This document shows positions 42,973 through 56,537 of a stretch of DNA of 64,000 bases, one piece after another. The DNA lies in the NCBI GenBank assembly GCA_951406725.2, contig OX597830.1, forward strand, positions 15,314,001 through 15,378,000. Reading direction: 5' to 3'. The notes under the pieces are model-generated. The model made no database searches, was not told where the DNA came from, and saw only the letters and a program-made list of their open reading frames with translations. Numbering within the stretch: the first letter of the stretch is position 1; the number at the start of each line of letters is the position of its first letter. The DNA comes from Octopus vulgaris. Lineage: Eukaryota. The translations under genes and the position numbers were made by a program.

Positions 42973-43962
42973 TATTTAATATGTCAATACTAGATTTATT
43001 GTTTTGAAGAGAATGGCATGCCTTAGTAAAGAGCCACAGTGATTTATTTTCCAAATACACTAATTTTTCTCGCGTCTGTTCGGGAGCAATATTTTACATC
43101 TGCTTAGTGATTCTCTCTCCACTACTCCAAGGAGTATGGTGTAGTGTAAGCTTTGCTGTTGAGATCTAACAAGGATAAAACATGTCCTTAGTTGTCTCTT
43201 ATTTGTCGAAAGGATTAAAATATATTAGTCATTCAGCTCTCCCCAATGTAATTATTTCTAATTAGATTTTTAATATTAATTGTATTATGTTAAAACAAAA
43301 TTAACTAAAATGGCAACTCTAGATTTTGAAGTTGAATGGTTTACTTTTTTGAGATATGATAATATTTTAATTAATTGACAATTGTAAATGTGAGGCCATA
43401 TAATAAGAGTTTCTAACGTAGAGTATATACAAGACACTGTTGTGAATCAATCTGTAAAAGGGATATCAAGCCAGCTATTCCTCCCGGAGACTAAAGATAA
43501 CACCTTGGGCAAGTGCTAACTGCTTTCGTAGCCGTCCATGCCAGGGTTTCGGTGAAGTTCAAAAATCTGTGGAACAGGTGAAAAAGTATCATATACTGCT
43601 TACAGTTGTGATAGCGGATGATGGCTGCATCATTTTGATGCCTTCAATCTGTTTGCTCGCTTTATCATTAGCATGTTATAATCAAACTGTACCCAATTTC
43701 GCCGCTATCGGATGGTCATATATCTGAATGTCACTATACCGGCTACGGCTGCAGTCTCAACATATCGCTCCTTGCATCCTTCAGTGTAAATTTTCCTGTA
43801 ATCAAGGTAACTGGATTAGAATTTCTTTCGACAGCTGGAAGACCATCATAGTAACCCGTATTGCTCCATTGACCTCGATTTAAAGAACTTCACTCTTATT
43901 TAGCTTAATGACCATAGAAAGTTAAAAAACAAAGTCTACCCCAAAATCCTGTTGGGGTAGAC

Positions 43963-44166
43963 CAGTGGTTTTCAACCAGGGTTCCGGAACCAGTACAGTG
44001 CAGGGGTTCCGCAAGAAGTTACAAAACTGCTAAAATCGGCAGTAATTTTTAAGTCTCCTGTACAGATATGTGTGCATAATACTATTAAATTATTGCACAG
44101 GGGTTCCTCGAGCCAGTGGAATATTTCCTTGGGGTTCCGCTACAGCAAAAAGTTTGAAAAGCACTG
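43963..44166. mobile_element. hAT (Charlie-like) MITE
   Basis: TIR cagtggttttcaac / tttgaaaagcactg; perfect 8-bp TSD gggtagac. Confidence 0.9.
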
Positions 44167-44640
44167 GGGTAGACTAATGCAATAAGACATTTTCTCCAAT
44201 CCACCTTGCTTTAACAACATACAATGGTTTGAGATTGGCAGAAACGTTAGATTGTCAGGCAAAATGCCTTTCAGTTTTTGTTCCTATGCTTTATACTATG
44301 AGTTCTAATCTCACGAAGATCGTCTTTGCGTTTTATCCTACCAGTGTCGATAAAATAAAGAGCCCTTCAAGTATCACCAATCTATGCAAACATGCAACGG
44401 CCTAGTATGATAGTCTTTAGTCCAAATCAGCGCCGAGGGTCGAGGCTTCGACGACAGAAAGTGACAAGAGTTGTTTCAGAGTTGTGTGTTGCAGAATAGT
44501 GTATGACATTGTAATGTGGTAGAGATTAAGGAATCGTAGGAGGCGTTGACTTAGGAAATAGATAACCGAATCGGAACGAATGTCTAAAGAACGAATCCTG
44601 TCTGACTTTTTAACAATTCCTTCAGTCCACGTCCTGAGAC

Positions 44641-45016
44641 TTTACTTACTTGTGGCGACATTCACCCTGGGCGGGTTGAGTCGGTTTCTTCTACCTGGAA
44701 GAAGTTTCGTGGGAATATGTGGATTTCACAAGCGGTCCCCAACAATCCCGCATGTAGAGACATCCTGTTTTGCCGCAGATTGTCCGCAGACGCAGGAACA
44801 GAACGATCGAGGAGCCGCCGGTTGCCGAAACAGACACTCCAAGGATTTTCACCAGAGCCCCGTCTGCCGGGTTTTGGCCCTAATACCACTGGGTGTCAGA
44901 CCAATCCGCCTTGGGTGGCCCTACCAGGAACCGAAGTTCCCGACAGCATAGCTCTGACACTACCTGTTGCTAGCGTCCCCACCTCGGTGAGGAGGGGATG
45001 GACTTCGGGGACGCAA
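44641..45016 (-). mobile_element. non-autonomous, bipartite RTE-like retroelement with structured 5' end
   Basis: 12-bp TSD acgtcctgagac (44629-44640, 45017-45028), (TAAG)-like tail, RTE-5'UTR-like gagctatgctgtcgg..cctggtagggccaccca. Confidence 0.8.
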
Positions 45017-45029
45017 ACGTCCTGAGACA

Positions 45030-45295
45030 GTGTTAGATGTATCAAATCAGAGAAAAAAATAAATCCCTTCTCTTTCAAACGGTATCTGGACAAATGTCTT
45101 CAAGGAATGCCACATAAGCCGCCGCCTACACCTGGGTAGATCTCAGTCAACAAATCCCTACTTGAAGGGACAATGCTACCATTAAACATGACTTTAAAAT
45201 TAATTGGCAGATTTTATCGGGTGGTGCTGTTTAAGTTCGACATAGCTTTGGGCCAGTTTTTGGCCGAGACATAACTAAGTTTATCTAAGTTTATA
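45030..45295 (+). mobile_element. CR1/L2-group LINE 3' remnant
   Basis: PFSFKRYLDKCLQGMPHKPPPTPG*ISVNKSLLE followed by a tandem ctaagtttat tail. Confidence 0.6.
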
Positions 45296-45326
45296 TCTCA
45301 GATGAAAGTTATATACAGACGTGTGT

Positions 45327-45372
<46 letters not shown>

Positions 45373-45419
45373 ATATGTATGTATTCCGTTGCTGTCCATT
45401 ACCTTCTCCCTTTCACTGT

Positions 45420-45472
45420 TACTCTCTCTCTCTCTCTCTCTGTCTCTCTGTTTTGTTTGTCCCAGCTACTGT

Positions 45473-45516
<44 letters not shown>

Positions 45517-46070
45517 ATCTCTCAATCTCTATCTCTTTATATCTCCTTTGCTCTCTCTCCCTCTATCTATCTATTTATCTATATCCCTCTTTACATCTCT
45601 CTCTTGCTCTCTCTCTCTATCTATCTATCTATTTATCTCCATGTTTGTCCTAGCTACTGTCCTTCTCTCTCTCTTTCTCTATCTCTATCTCTCTATCTCT
45701 TTATATCTCCCTTGCTCTCTCTCTCTATCTATTTATCTATATCTCTCTTTGTATCCCTCTCTTGCTCTATCTCTCTCTCTCTCTCTCACTCGCTCACTCC
45801 CTCTCTCTGTGGTAGTACCACTTTTCGTCCACTTCAGTTTGTCAGCCTCTGTTTTTTTTCTGTCACATCTCTTTCTCTCTACTGTTCTTTCACTCACTTT
45901 CTATTACCTTCTATCAGTCATTTTTCAACATTACTGCTTTTGTCCTCCTTCTCTCGTCTTCTTCTTCTTCTTCTTCTTCTTCTTCTTCTTCTTCTTCTTC
46001 TTCTTCTTCTTCTTCTTCTTCTTCTTCTTCTTCTTCCTCCTCCTCCTCCCCCTCCCCCTCCTCCCTCCTA
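45420..46070. repeat. CT-rich minisatellite and (TTC)n
   Basis: Direct inspection. Confidence 0.9.
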
Positions 46071-46642
46071 TTTTCTTTTTCCATCAATAAGCCCATTCTT
46101 CGCTTCACTATGGCGCGGCAACCAAACGTCCCCATTGTATCACTTCGTCTACTTTTTTAAAACCCGTAATGTTAATAACTTGCCTTTGATGGATTATTTG
46201 CACAAGTATCTTATATTTATCCCCTAGTTCCATTCTAAATTTATCGTTACATTATAAAGCTCTATATACAAATTTCATGCTCCGATCCGTAACCTTTATT
46301 TTCTTTGCCCAACGTGTCTTAATTTTATCGTTTCAGCTAAAAAGTCTAGTACTTTCATTGTTTATTTCGCTTTGCTGTTTTCCCTTTGCCAAACTCGTAT
46401 AGTCAAATTTCTCCCTATCTTTGCTCGATTTCCTTTCATATTAGACTGTACACTTGCAGTTTAAATATGCAGGTGAACCACATGAATAAACATGTGTATC
46501 AACATTGTTATAGCATCCGGTTGACAACTGACGAAGGGTTCAGAATTGTGCACACCCGTTTTTATTGTTTTTTTCTTTGCATATTGTTTGTTGTCCGTCT
46601 CTACTACATAAGTGTGTGTGTGTGTGTGTGTTTGTGTGTGTG

Positions 46643-46687
<45 letters not shown>

Positions 46688-47000
46688 AGTATGTGTCTGT
46701 ACAGATATGTATATGTAAATACAAAACCGAAGATTGACGAAGATACAAATAATCAATAACGAACGTAAAAATATGTTATTTCTTGGAAGTGGAAACTGAC
46801 AAACTGTTACTCCGAGTTCCTAATTCTCGCGTTTGAGGTGTACATACATACGTATATACATACATGCATACATGCTTAGATACATACATACATACACATA
46901 CATGTACATATACAGACGCGCGCGCAGGCACACACACACACATATACATACATACATACATACATACATACACCCATACATACATACATACATACATACA

Positions 47001-47034
<34 letters not shown>

Positions 47035-47067
47035 CATACTACTTACATGCATGCATATATACATATA

Positions 47068-47254
47068 GGGGGAGAATTCAGGAAAAAAACAAAAGACGAA
47101 GATAGGTGGTGTAGAAAACAAACAGATGTATTATTATAATGCTCGGAAAGTGATAAAGTCTTTAACGTTTCGAACCTACGCTCTTCCACAGAAAGGAACA
47201 CAGAAAGAAACAAGGAGAGAAAATAAAGAAAGTGTAGTGGCTAGTGATCTATCA
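47068..47254 (-). mobile_element. HHR-bearing mini-element P1
   Basis: cttt CTGTGGA a gagc gtag gttc GAAA cgtt aaag (47160-47195). Confidence 0.8.
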
Positions 47255-47384
47255 TATATATATATATATATATATATTAAATTACGAATTAAAAGCAGCT
47301 CTGATAATATCAACATTATCGATTGGACATACTTGTTTATACGTTGAATTCGCTGCGGGATAGCGTCTGGGAAAGCTCCCTGCA

Positions 47385-48647
47385 CAACGCCGAGTGTTAA
47401 AGAACACCTGAATACCACATGCCAGCGCAAGCCTAAGGAGATCTATCAGCGCTTGCTTACTCGAACAATGAAGGCGAAGCTTATTTGGAGCGAATAGTCA
47501 CAGGAGAGGAGACATGGGTCTATCAGTTTGAACCAGATTCCAAAAGGCAGCGATTGGGTGAATATACTCGTAATCGCCAGCGTTAAGAAAAATTCAAGAC
47601 TCAGCCTTCCCCACAAAATGTATTGGGTTGTCTGGAAAGTTCGTGCTGCTTTATAGTAGCTTAGCTTTCGACTTATTTTAGAACATGGTTGAGTCCATAA
47701 AATAGGATTTGACTACACTTGCATTTAGAGCACAGTTTAAGCTTTCTTTTCGTGGAAGAAGATTTATGTTCCTATAAACTGTGTTAATTTTGTAACCCTT
47801 TAAAATGGAAGATAAGAAAGTTCATTTTTGGCACTTGATGCTTTGGGAACCAGATAAAAATTGCTGCAGCTTGGCTGGGATGTGTTACCCCACCCTCCAT
47901 ATTCACCAGATATTGCTCCTTCAGATTTTCACTTATTTTGCAGAATAGTCTTAATGGTAAAAATTTCAGTTCCTTGGATGACGTAAAAAGATACCTTGAT
48001 GAATTCTTTGCCATGAAACCACCTCAATTCTGGGAAGAGGGTATTTTCAAGTTAAAGGAAAGATGGAGACGCATTGTTCAACCAAATGATTCACACTTGG
48101 TTGATTAAAAATGTAATGGCAAGTATTTATTGACCTTTTTCTTTCCTTTAAAAATCAGCACGAACTTTCCGGACAACAATAGTTGCTAACCGTTTTTTGT
48201 GATGCAAAAGAGCCTTTACTGGAACCTTACCTGGAAAAGAGGTTTACAGCCGCCAGTGTAGGCTACAGTGAAATACTGGCCAACAAACTGAAACCAGCAA
48301 TTTGCACCAAACGCCGAGGTCTGTTGTCAAATCGTTGAAACCATTGAAATATTGGGTTTCGAGTTAATGGAATACTTTGCATACAGTCCAGTGCTTGACC
48401 CTTGCGACATCTTTTGACCGCTCAAACATCCTTTGCGAGGTCATCGATTTGCTGCGGACGAAGAAGTGCAGGAAGCGATGCATAAACGGCTGTGCAACCA
48501 GCCGTAGAACTTCTTCCCCGATGCAATAAGCATGGCTGTAGACCGCTGGAAGAAGTGCACCGAAAAACGTAATTGTTCATCCCTTGTTTTTTGTTCTTTT
48601 AATAAATTACAGAAACAAGAGTGGGAATAATTCTTGATTCAGCCTCG
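47385..48647 (+). mobile_element. decayed mariner (irritans-like) transposase, interrupted
   Basis: EGEAYLERIVTGEETWVYQFEP..KKFKTQPS / LLTVFCDAK..KRRGLLS..AYSPVLDPCD..PLKHPLRGHRF..DRWKKC; ends gattcagcctcg|TA. Confidence 0.85.
47623..48179 (+). mobile_element. mariner internal-deletion derivative (same family as 21972), nested
   Basis: TA|ttgggttgtctggaaagttcgtgc..gcacgaactttccggacaacaa|TA; MEDKKVHF fused to GWDVLPHPPYSPDIAPSD. Confidence 0.92.
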
Positions 48648-48658
48648 TATATATATAT

Positions 48659-48751
<93 letters not shown>

Positions 48752-48755
<4 letters not shown>

Positions 48756-49048
48756 TGTGACTGTGACCGACCAGGCTATCAGATGTTGCTACACATCGCT
48801 GGTCAAAATTCGCTTCGCCTTCAAATGACGCCACCCCGCTGGTTAAGTGAGCAGGCCAACAGAAGAAAGAGTGAAAGAAGGGTGTGGCGAAAGAGTACAG
48901 CAGGGATCACCACCACCCCCAGCCGGAGCCTCTCATAGACCTTTTAGGCGTTTTCGCTCAATAAACACTCACAACGCTTGGTCTGGGAATCAAAACCACG
49001 ATCCTACGACCGCGAGTCCGCTGCCCTAACCACCGGGCCATTGCGTCT

Positions 49049-49052
<4 letters not shown>
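48752..49052 (-). mobile_element. SINE family C, tail type 3
   Basis: Family C head followed by an unrelated tail ..gtagcaacatctgatagcctggtcggtcacagtcacagtga. Confidence 0.85.
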
Positions 49053-49121
<69 letters not shown>

Positions 49122-49212
49122 TATATATATATACATGCATACATACATACATACATACATACATACATACATACAAACATACATACATCATTATATACCT
49201 ACATACAAATAC

Positions 49213-49619
49213 GTGGCTGTGCGGTAAGAAGCTTGCTTCTTAACCACATGGTTCAAGGTTCAGGTCCACTGCGTGGCATCTCGGGCAAGTCTCTTCTGCT
49301 ATATCCCCGGGCCGACCAAAGCCTTGTGAGTGTATTTGATAGACGGAAACTAAAAGAAGCATGTCGTATATATGTGTATATCTGTGTGCGGGTCTTTGTG
49401 TCTGTGTTTATTCCCACCACCACCACATCACCGCTTCACAACCGGTGTTGGTGTGCTTACGTCCCCGTAAGCTAGCGGTTCCGCAAAAGATCCCGATAGA
49501 ATAAGTACCGGGCTTACAAAGAATAAGTCCCGGGGTCGATATATTCGACTAAAAGCCTTTAGGCCGATGCTCCAGCATGGCTGCAGACAAATGACTGAAA
49601 CAAGGCAACGAATAAAAGA
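49213..49619 (+). mobile_element. SINE family A
   Basis: Family match. Confidence 0.88.
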
Positions 49620-49714
49620 CTACATACATACATACATACACACACACATATACATACATACATACACATATATACATACATACATACATACATACACACA
49701 CATATATACATACA

Positions 49715-49746
<32 letters not shown>

Positions 49747-50124
49747 CATATATATATATATATATATATAGTATATACAGAGATAATTACATGCACACAT
49801 AGGAGTATTGTGAAAGGTGTCTCTACATAGATATACGCATCCCATTAATAATGTATATGTACATGCGTGCGCGCCTGTGTGTGCATGTATGTATGTATAT
49901 CGAGGTGGAGAGAGGGAGAGAAAGAGAGAGAGCAATGGTGATGTGGAAGGGAGAGCTGGCGAGTGTTTATACATGAAGAAGGAACATCTCGAGTCACAGT
50001 AATGAATTATTCAACATACTGCACGGTCTGTTAGATATCCGCTACTAGAAATGCTGTACAATTATTTACCGAATTATCCAGCAAACATACATTAAAATTA
50101 TTGATTATATATACATATACACAC

Positions 50125-50168
<44 letters not shown>

Positions 50169-50338
50169 GCAGACAGACACGCGCATATAGACACGCAGAC
50201 ACACTCATTAATTCATATATAAGTAGTATCTATTTCTTACACACCAATATGTAAGGCAAAGTGTGTATCTCGAAGTATGAATATTTTCAGTGTATCAGTG
50301 TAAATGTTTAATATAGTTGTATGTGTGTGTGTATGTGT

Positions 50339-50402
<64 letters not shown>

Positions 50403-50573
50403 GGCGGGTTGAGGTATGTATGTTTGTAAGTAACTGCAATAAAGCAATTTATAAGGCATTTATCAGTAAAATAGAAAAAGATTTAACAGGGTATTATTAT
50501 ACAGCCGGGATCAAAATCATTACTATAATAGATATATAACTTCAGCAATACTATATCTCTCCCTTTCCCCCCC

Positions 50574-50609
<36 letters not shown>

Positions 50610-50834
50610 ACACACACGTACACACACACAAACACAGACACAGACACACACATGCACAAATATATATATATAGGCTTAGGAGTGGCTGTGTGGTAAGTAC
50701 TTTGCTTCCCAACCACATTGTTCCGGGTTCAGTTCTACTGCACGGCACCTTGGGCAAGTAACTTCTATCTTATTTAATCCAAAGTTGACCACGGAGCACT
50801 AGAATTCAGATCGGGAAACCGGAAGAAATACCTA

Positions 50835-51239
50835 TTTCTTTACTACCCACAAGGGGTTAAACATAGAGGGGGCAATCAAGGACAGACAAGCAGGTTAAGT
50901 CGATTATATCGACACCAGTGCGTAACTGGTACTTAATTTATCGCCCCCGAAAGGATGAAAGGCAAAGTCGACCTCGGCAGAATTTGAACTCAGAACGTAG
51001 CAGCAGACAAAATACCTATTTCTTTATTACCCACAGGAGGCTAAACATGGAGGGGACAAACATGGACAGACATAGGTATTAAGTTGATTACATTGAGCCC
51101 AGTGCGTAACTGGTACTTAATTTATCGACCCCGAAAGGATGAAAGGCAAAGTCGACCTCGGCGGAATTTGTACTCAGAACGTAGCGGCAGACGAAATACT
51201 GCCGAGCATTTCAACAGGCTTACTGCCAGCTCGCCGCCT
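50835..51239 (-). mobile_element. SINE family B, ~1.8-mer tandem with 15-bp TSD
   Basis: TSD accggaagaaatacc at 50818-50832 and 51241-51255. Confidence 0.88.
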
Positions 51240-51810
51240 TACCGGAAGAAATACCGCTCAGCATTTTGTCCGGTAGGGTTACGGTTCTATGTGCTCGCCG
51301 CCTTCTGCTAACGATTTTGCCAGCTGTAAATCATAACAAAAACCGATGCATGTATCTGACAGTCCTTGCGTAATTGGTTACACAAGACATATGCAAAGAA
51401 GATGCAAGAAATATGGTCGAAGAAGAAATGTGTTGAAATAGCAGAAGGAATTAAGACTGGGTAGAAAGAAAGATTGTCTGACAATAGTTTGAGAATTGTT
51501 TAAGCATGGATTAACAATCGGAGAACGGAGTAGAGAAAAATTACTTCAGAATAGTTTAACAATATATTTAACAATTCCTTGGGAATTATTCCAGAATAGA
51601 TCGACAGGCGGTTACGGTTTGTATTACTACTGACAGGTCTTGCAATGAAAACGACAAAAGTTGCCGTCGCAGACATTTACAGAAATAGCAAAATTAGGAA
51701 ATCATGTGAAAAAATTTGAAATACATGAATGTCGAACTATATCAGTAAATGAATAGTTCAATATAATAGAAATTAACAGTGGATATGAAATATGGTGATT
51801 ACATATTCTG

Positions 51811-51945
51811 TTGTGTCTGGGGAGAGTCATTTTCTTTTTGTGCCTTCACAGAAAGAAAATTACTCTCCCCAGACACAACAGAATATGCTTCAACACACGA
51901 ACTCATATGAAGAATCTTGCAAACCAAAACCGAAAACGAAATAAG
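51811..51945. mobile_element. collapsed copy of the 820-1150 foldback
   Basis: ttgtgtctggggagagtcattttcttt..aaagaaaattactctccccagacacaac..atatgcttcaacacacgaactc. Confidence 0.8.
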
Positions 51946-52211
51946 GATTACATATTTTTTTGTGCTGTTGTAATCTTAGCACAAATAAAGATAAAAGCCT
52001 GGATTACAAGCACGTAAAGTCCTGTGTTTCCACACATGGCGGTATTTGCGAGAAATCTATATGGGGTGAGGCACATGGGCTTCAAACATGTCACATGTGA
52101 CAGAATAAACTGATTGTATATGCTGATTGATTTGAATTGAATTCAGATCGAAGTACAGGCTTGGAGGATGCAGGTTTTCAATGTTAAAACACACACACAC
52201 AAATAGATAGG

Positions 52212-52282
<71 letters not shown>

Positions 52283-52430
52283 GCTCATAAGTTTGCTTTC
52301 CATTGGCATGGTTCTGGTTTCAGTCCCACTGCGTGGTACCTTAGGCAAATGCCTTCTACTATAGCCTCCAGCCTACCAAAGACTTGTGATTGGATTTGAT
52401 AGATAGGAACTGAAATAAGACTGTTGCATA

Positions 52431-52474
<44 letters not shown>

Positions 52475-52649
52475 TGTATATGTATATATATATTAGGGAA
52501 AGAATAAATAGAATCAAAAGGAAGAGTGAGTACGATTCGACAGCTGTTTAATGACCACTACACATGTTTCGATACAACATAGATCTGGTAATTGCAAGGG
52601 TCAACGAGCTCGGCTTTGTACTCTAATACGTTTTTAACGGAATACACCT

Positions 52650-52684
<35 letters not shown>

Positions 52685-52708
52685 ATATATCCCTTCCGGT
52701 TATTCAAT

Positions 52709-52909
52709 ATGTGACCGCGTGTGTATCGTTGGCGATTTAATTTCTCTGTCTTCCCTTCCTTGGATCTTTCCTTTTTCTATGTTTCTGACGAAGAGCTTCC
52801 GCTCGAAACGTTAAACCCTCCTTATTTCTTTCCTTTCTTGAGCGTCCAATAACACTGTACTTGTTCCACATCCTCGCGTTGCTGTGTTTTCTCTTTGTTC
52901 ATGTTGGAT

Positions 52910-52913
<4 letters not shown>
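52709..52913 (+). mobile_element. HHR-bearing mini-element P2
   Basis: Reverse-complement match to 20925-21131; (TA)n flanks. Confidence 0.82.
52781..52816 (+). ncRNA. minimal type I hammerhead ribozyme with canonical core
   Basis: guuu CUGACGA a gagc uucc gcuc GAAA c GUU^ aaac; palindromic aacguu at stem III. Confidence 0.78.
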
Positions 52914-53003
<90 letters not shown>

Positions 53004-53034
53004 TGTATGTATGTATGTATGTATGTATGTATAC

Positions 53035-53372
53035 CTCAGTAAACCTGGACTCAAGAGTCATCTTCACAATCATAAAGCGAGACAGATAAGTGACAACCTG
53101 GCCACTGGTGGTGGTGTAACACACCATACTAATCATATCTGTCGGGCATGTGGAAGAGAGTGTAATTCAGCAGGAGGACTTAAACGACATGCAAAGGTAC
53201 ATGAAGCCCAGTTACAACTACAGCCGGCTATTACCAGTAAAGGTTTTAGTTGCCAATTCTGTACAAGACATTATAGATCTTTAGCTGGGCTAAAAAGTCA
53301 CATTCGATCACAGCACCAGTAACAGTTAAGCTTCGTGCAATGGCCATACTCGATAACGAGGGGGCAACCATA
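53035..53372 (+). mobile_element. RTE-like LINE 3' end encoding C2H2-type zinc fingers
   Basis: LSKPGLKSHLHNH..CRACGRECNSAGGLKRHAKVH..CQFCTRHYRSLAGLKSHIRSQH*, then a short 3'UTR ggccatactcgataacgagggg; sits inside (TATG)n. Confidence 0.7.
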
Positions 53373-53411
53373 ATTAAAAAATGTATGTATGCATGTATAC
53401 ACACACACATG

Positions 53412-54289
53412 TAGGGTGGGTGAAAAGTAAGTAGGTATTAAAAATTGGTAATAAAATCCATATTCCTTTTACAAATTTATTGAAACAAAATGACACATGT
53501 TCTTTACAATATGGGAAAGTGAAAGTAGATCATCATATTTCAACGTAAGCACCAGTGGCGTCAACGAGTTTCCACAAACGGCCAGGGATGGAATGAGCAA
53601 TCTTTTGAAGGAGATCGTCCGGAATCCGTGGATCTTCGAGTGTGCGCGGTTTTCTCTTGTAAACCTCCACTTTTGTGTAAACCCACAGGTAAAAAAAAAA
53701 ACCTATGGAGTGAAATCTGGACTTATTGGAGTTCTGGAGTTCTGGACTTCTGTGGTCTCAGTCTTCAGGTCTTAGCTTCTGCACGTAATGGGGTTCTCAC
53801 GGGGGAAAAATGCAATTCTTTATGCAACACCGTACGTATTCTATGTCTTGTTCGTCCACTTTCACGAGCTGGTTGACCTGTTGCTTTTTGCGAGCTGCGA
53901 TTAAGCATTTCCTTGCACTGTTGCCACGTTTTCTGCTGATGGGGAAGTGGTTGGACGGCCACATCTGCTTGCATCGTTCACAGAGCCCGTGGTCATCAGC
54001 TTTGCATGACAACTTTTTTATTGTCTCCGGGCGTAGTACCGCATGCTTACCTTTCCATGCACGCCACCATCTCTGAAACGAAACAATGGAATTCCACACT
54101 TCATAGCGTGCTGCTATCTTTACTTCGCTCCTGAACAGTCAAGCGGCCGGCCATCTGGGAAATAAGAAAGGAGACAATAAGGAATCCGCATTAGTGCTGT
54201 CTATTTAGAAAATGTTTTTGTCATGACTTCTGTGATACTAAAAATTCTATAACCAATTTCTATTGCCTAGTTACTTTCCACCCACCCTG
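53412..54289 (-). mobile_element. Tc1/mariner-superfamily deletion derivative (DUF4817-like N-terminus)
   Basis: TIR (c/t)agggtgggtg(a/g)aaagtaa..; IAARYEVWNSIVSFQRWWR..TGSVNDASRCGRP..SPDFTP, with frameshifts. Confidence 0.85.
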
Positions 54290-54342
54290 TATTTATATAT
54301 GTGTGTATGTATGTATGCATGCATGTATGTATGTTTATGTAT

Positions 54343-54542
54343 GTGTCTTTGTGTCTGCCTTTGTTTCCCCACCAGCGCTTGACAACCAGTGGTGGTGTGT
54401 TGGCGGTTCGGCTAAAAAGACCGGTAGAATAAGTACCAGGCTTTAAAAGAAAACACGAGGTGCTGGGGTCGAATAGTTCGACTAAAATTCCTCAAGACGG
54501 TGCCCCAGCATGGCCGCCGTCTAATGACTAACACTAGTAAAA
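54343..54542 (+). mobile_element. SINE family A, 3' half
   Basis: Family match. Confidence 0.8.
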
Positions 54543-54571
54543 GCCTAAAAAAACCCAGAAGATATATATAC

Positions 54572-54702
<131 letters not shown>

Positions 54703-54710
54703 TGTGTCTC

Positions 54711-54783
<73 letters not shown>

Positions 54784-54986
54784 ATATATGTGAATATATA
54801 TGGATACGCACACACCATCTGTTAGCTGGTGTCGCTGTTATCATGCATGCAAGAACAGATCATCGATTTCATTTCAAGATTGACCCGTATATATACTACT
54901 ACTACTACTGCTACTAATATACGATAAAAAAATTTCAGAAAAAAAATTCATCAAAAGTGGCAGCATAGGTATATATATACATATAC

Positions 54987-55236
<250 letters not shown>

Positions 55237-56365
55237 CTCACACACACACACATATATACATATATCTTTATATATGCAAGCGGATCACACGTCTATATAT
55301 ATTAATATGAACATATGTATTTGTCCGTGCATATTGGCTTGTGTGTGTGTGTGCGTGAATATGTGTATATGTGTGTTGTTAAATAGACCAATGGCATAAA
55401 TTGTTAATGGTGAATCACTGAGAAGGTTAACAAAACCTAGCAGTAAATTCTTAGTAATTTTGGCGGAAATGGTTGGATTCATTTCAAGAAATTACGAATA
55501 TATTCTTCATTCGATTAACACGCATGGGAAAACGGTAATCTGACCTTTGTTCGGAGGCAAAAGATAGCTATGGATACAATGATTCGGTCTCACGTTGACA
55601 TTATCAGAATACCAGAAACAGTTACATATACAAAAGACCGCTAGTGCATTTTACCCAAGGTTAATTTGCACAATTAAACCAAGAAGAGATAGTAGAAAAT
55701 AGCTCAGAGGGATACATTTCATAAATTTGGTTGATTTTTGTTTTTAAAGGGAGCTTATTGAGTGCTCTAGATGATAAATTCTTCATTTATTGAAAGTTTC
55801 CTCTGAGATGGAGTATGGGATAATACCAAAAAGTAAGAAAAGATTCTTGACTGAATTATCATTGGATTACAAAGGATAACCTGATCTTTATTTTGAAAGC
55901 AGGCAAGGGTTGACCATGGGCGCAATGTTCGGGTCTCAGTTTCACATCATTAGCATAATATATTCTGTTATATATACAGAATTAAAGGATCTAAGGGAAG
56001 ATAACTCAAAAGACCCAGTGTCCTGATTTAGATAACAAAATGAAGAATATGACGAATGCCTTACAAGAAGATGCCATAACGGAAAATTATGTGACTGCGA
56101 AGCACTTTCCGTGTATACGAATGTATGTACGTATATACACATATACATACATATATGCATACATACATATATACACATACATACATACATACATACATAC
56201 ATACATACATACATACATACATACATACATACACACATACACATACATATATACATAAGCGCACACAGATTTACCTACAAATGCATCGAAACACACATAA
56301 ACACATATTCACACATATTCGTAGATCATAACTAAATACATACACACACATATGCATATGTATAC

Positions 56366-56431
<66 letters not shown>

Positions 56432-56434
56432 ATT

Positions 56435-56490
<56 letters not shown>

Positions 56491-56501
56491 CATATATATA
56501 G

Positions 56502-56537
<36 letters not shown>

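Noticed and set aside
44580-45093. Overlapping GC-rich ORFs
   Set aside because: They span a TSD-flanked non-coding retroelement and show no protein motif.
46525-46565. Hammerhead at ctgacgaaggg..ccc
   Set aside because: GAAA, stem III and NUH are missing.
52495-52650. Another TA-embedded element with cgaaacatgtg on the minus strand
   Set aside because: No CUGANGA half is visible, so it cannot be called a ribozyme.
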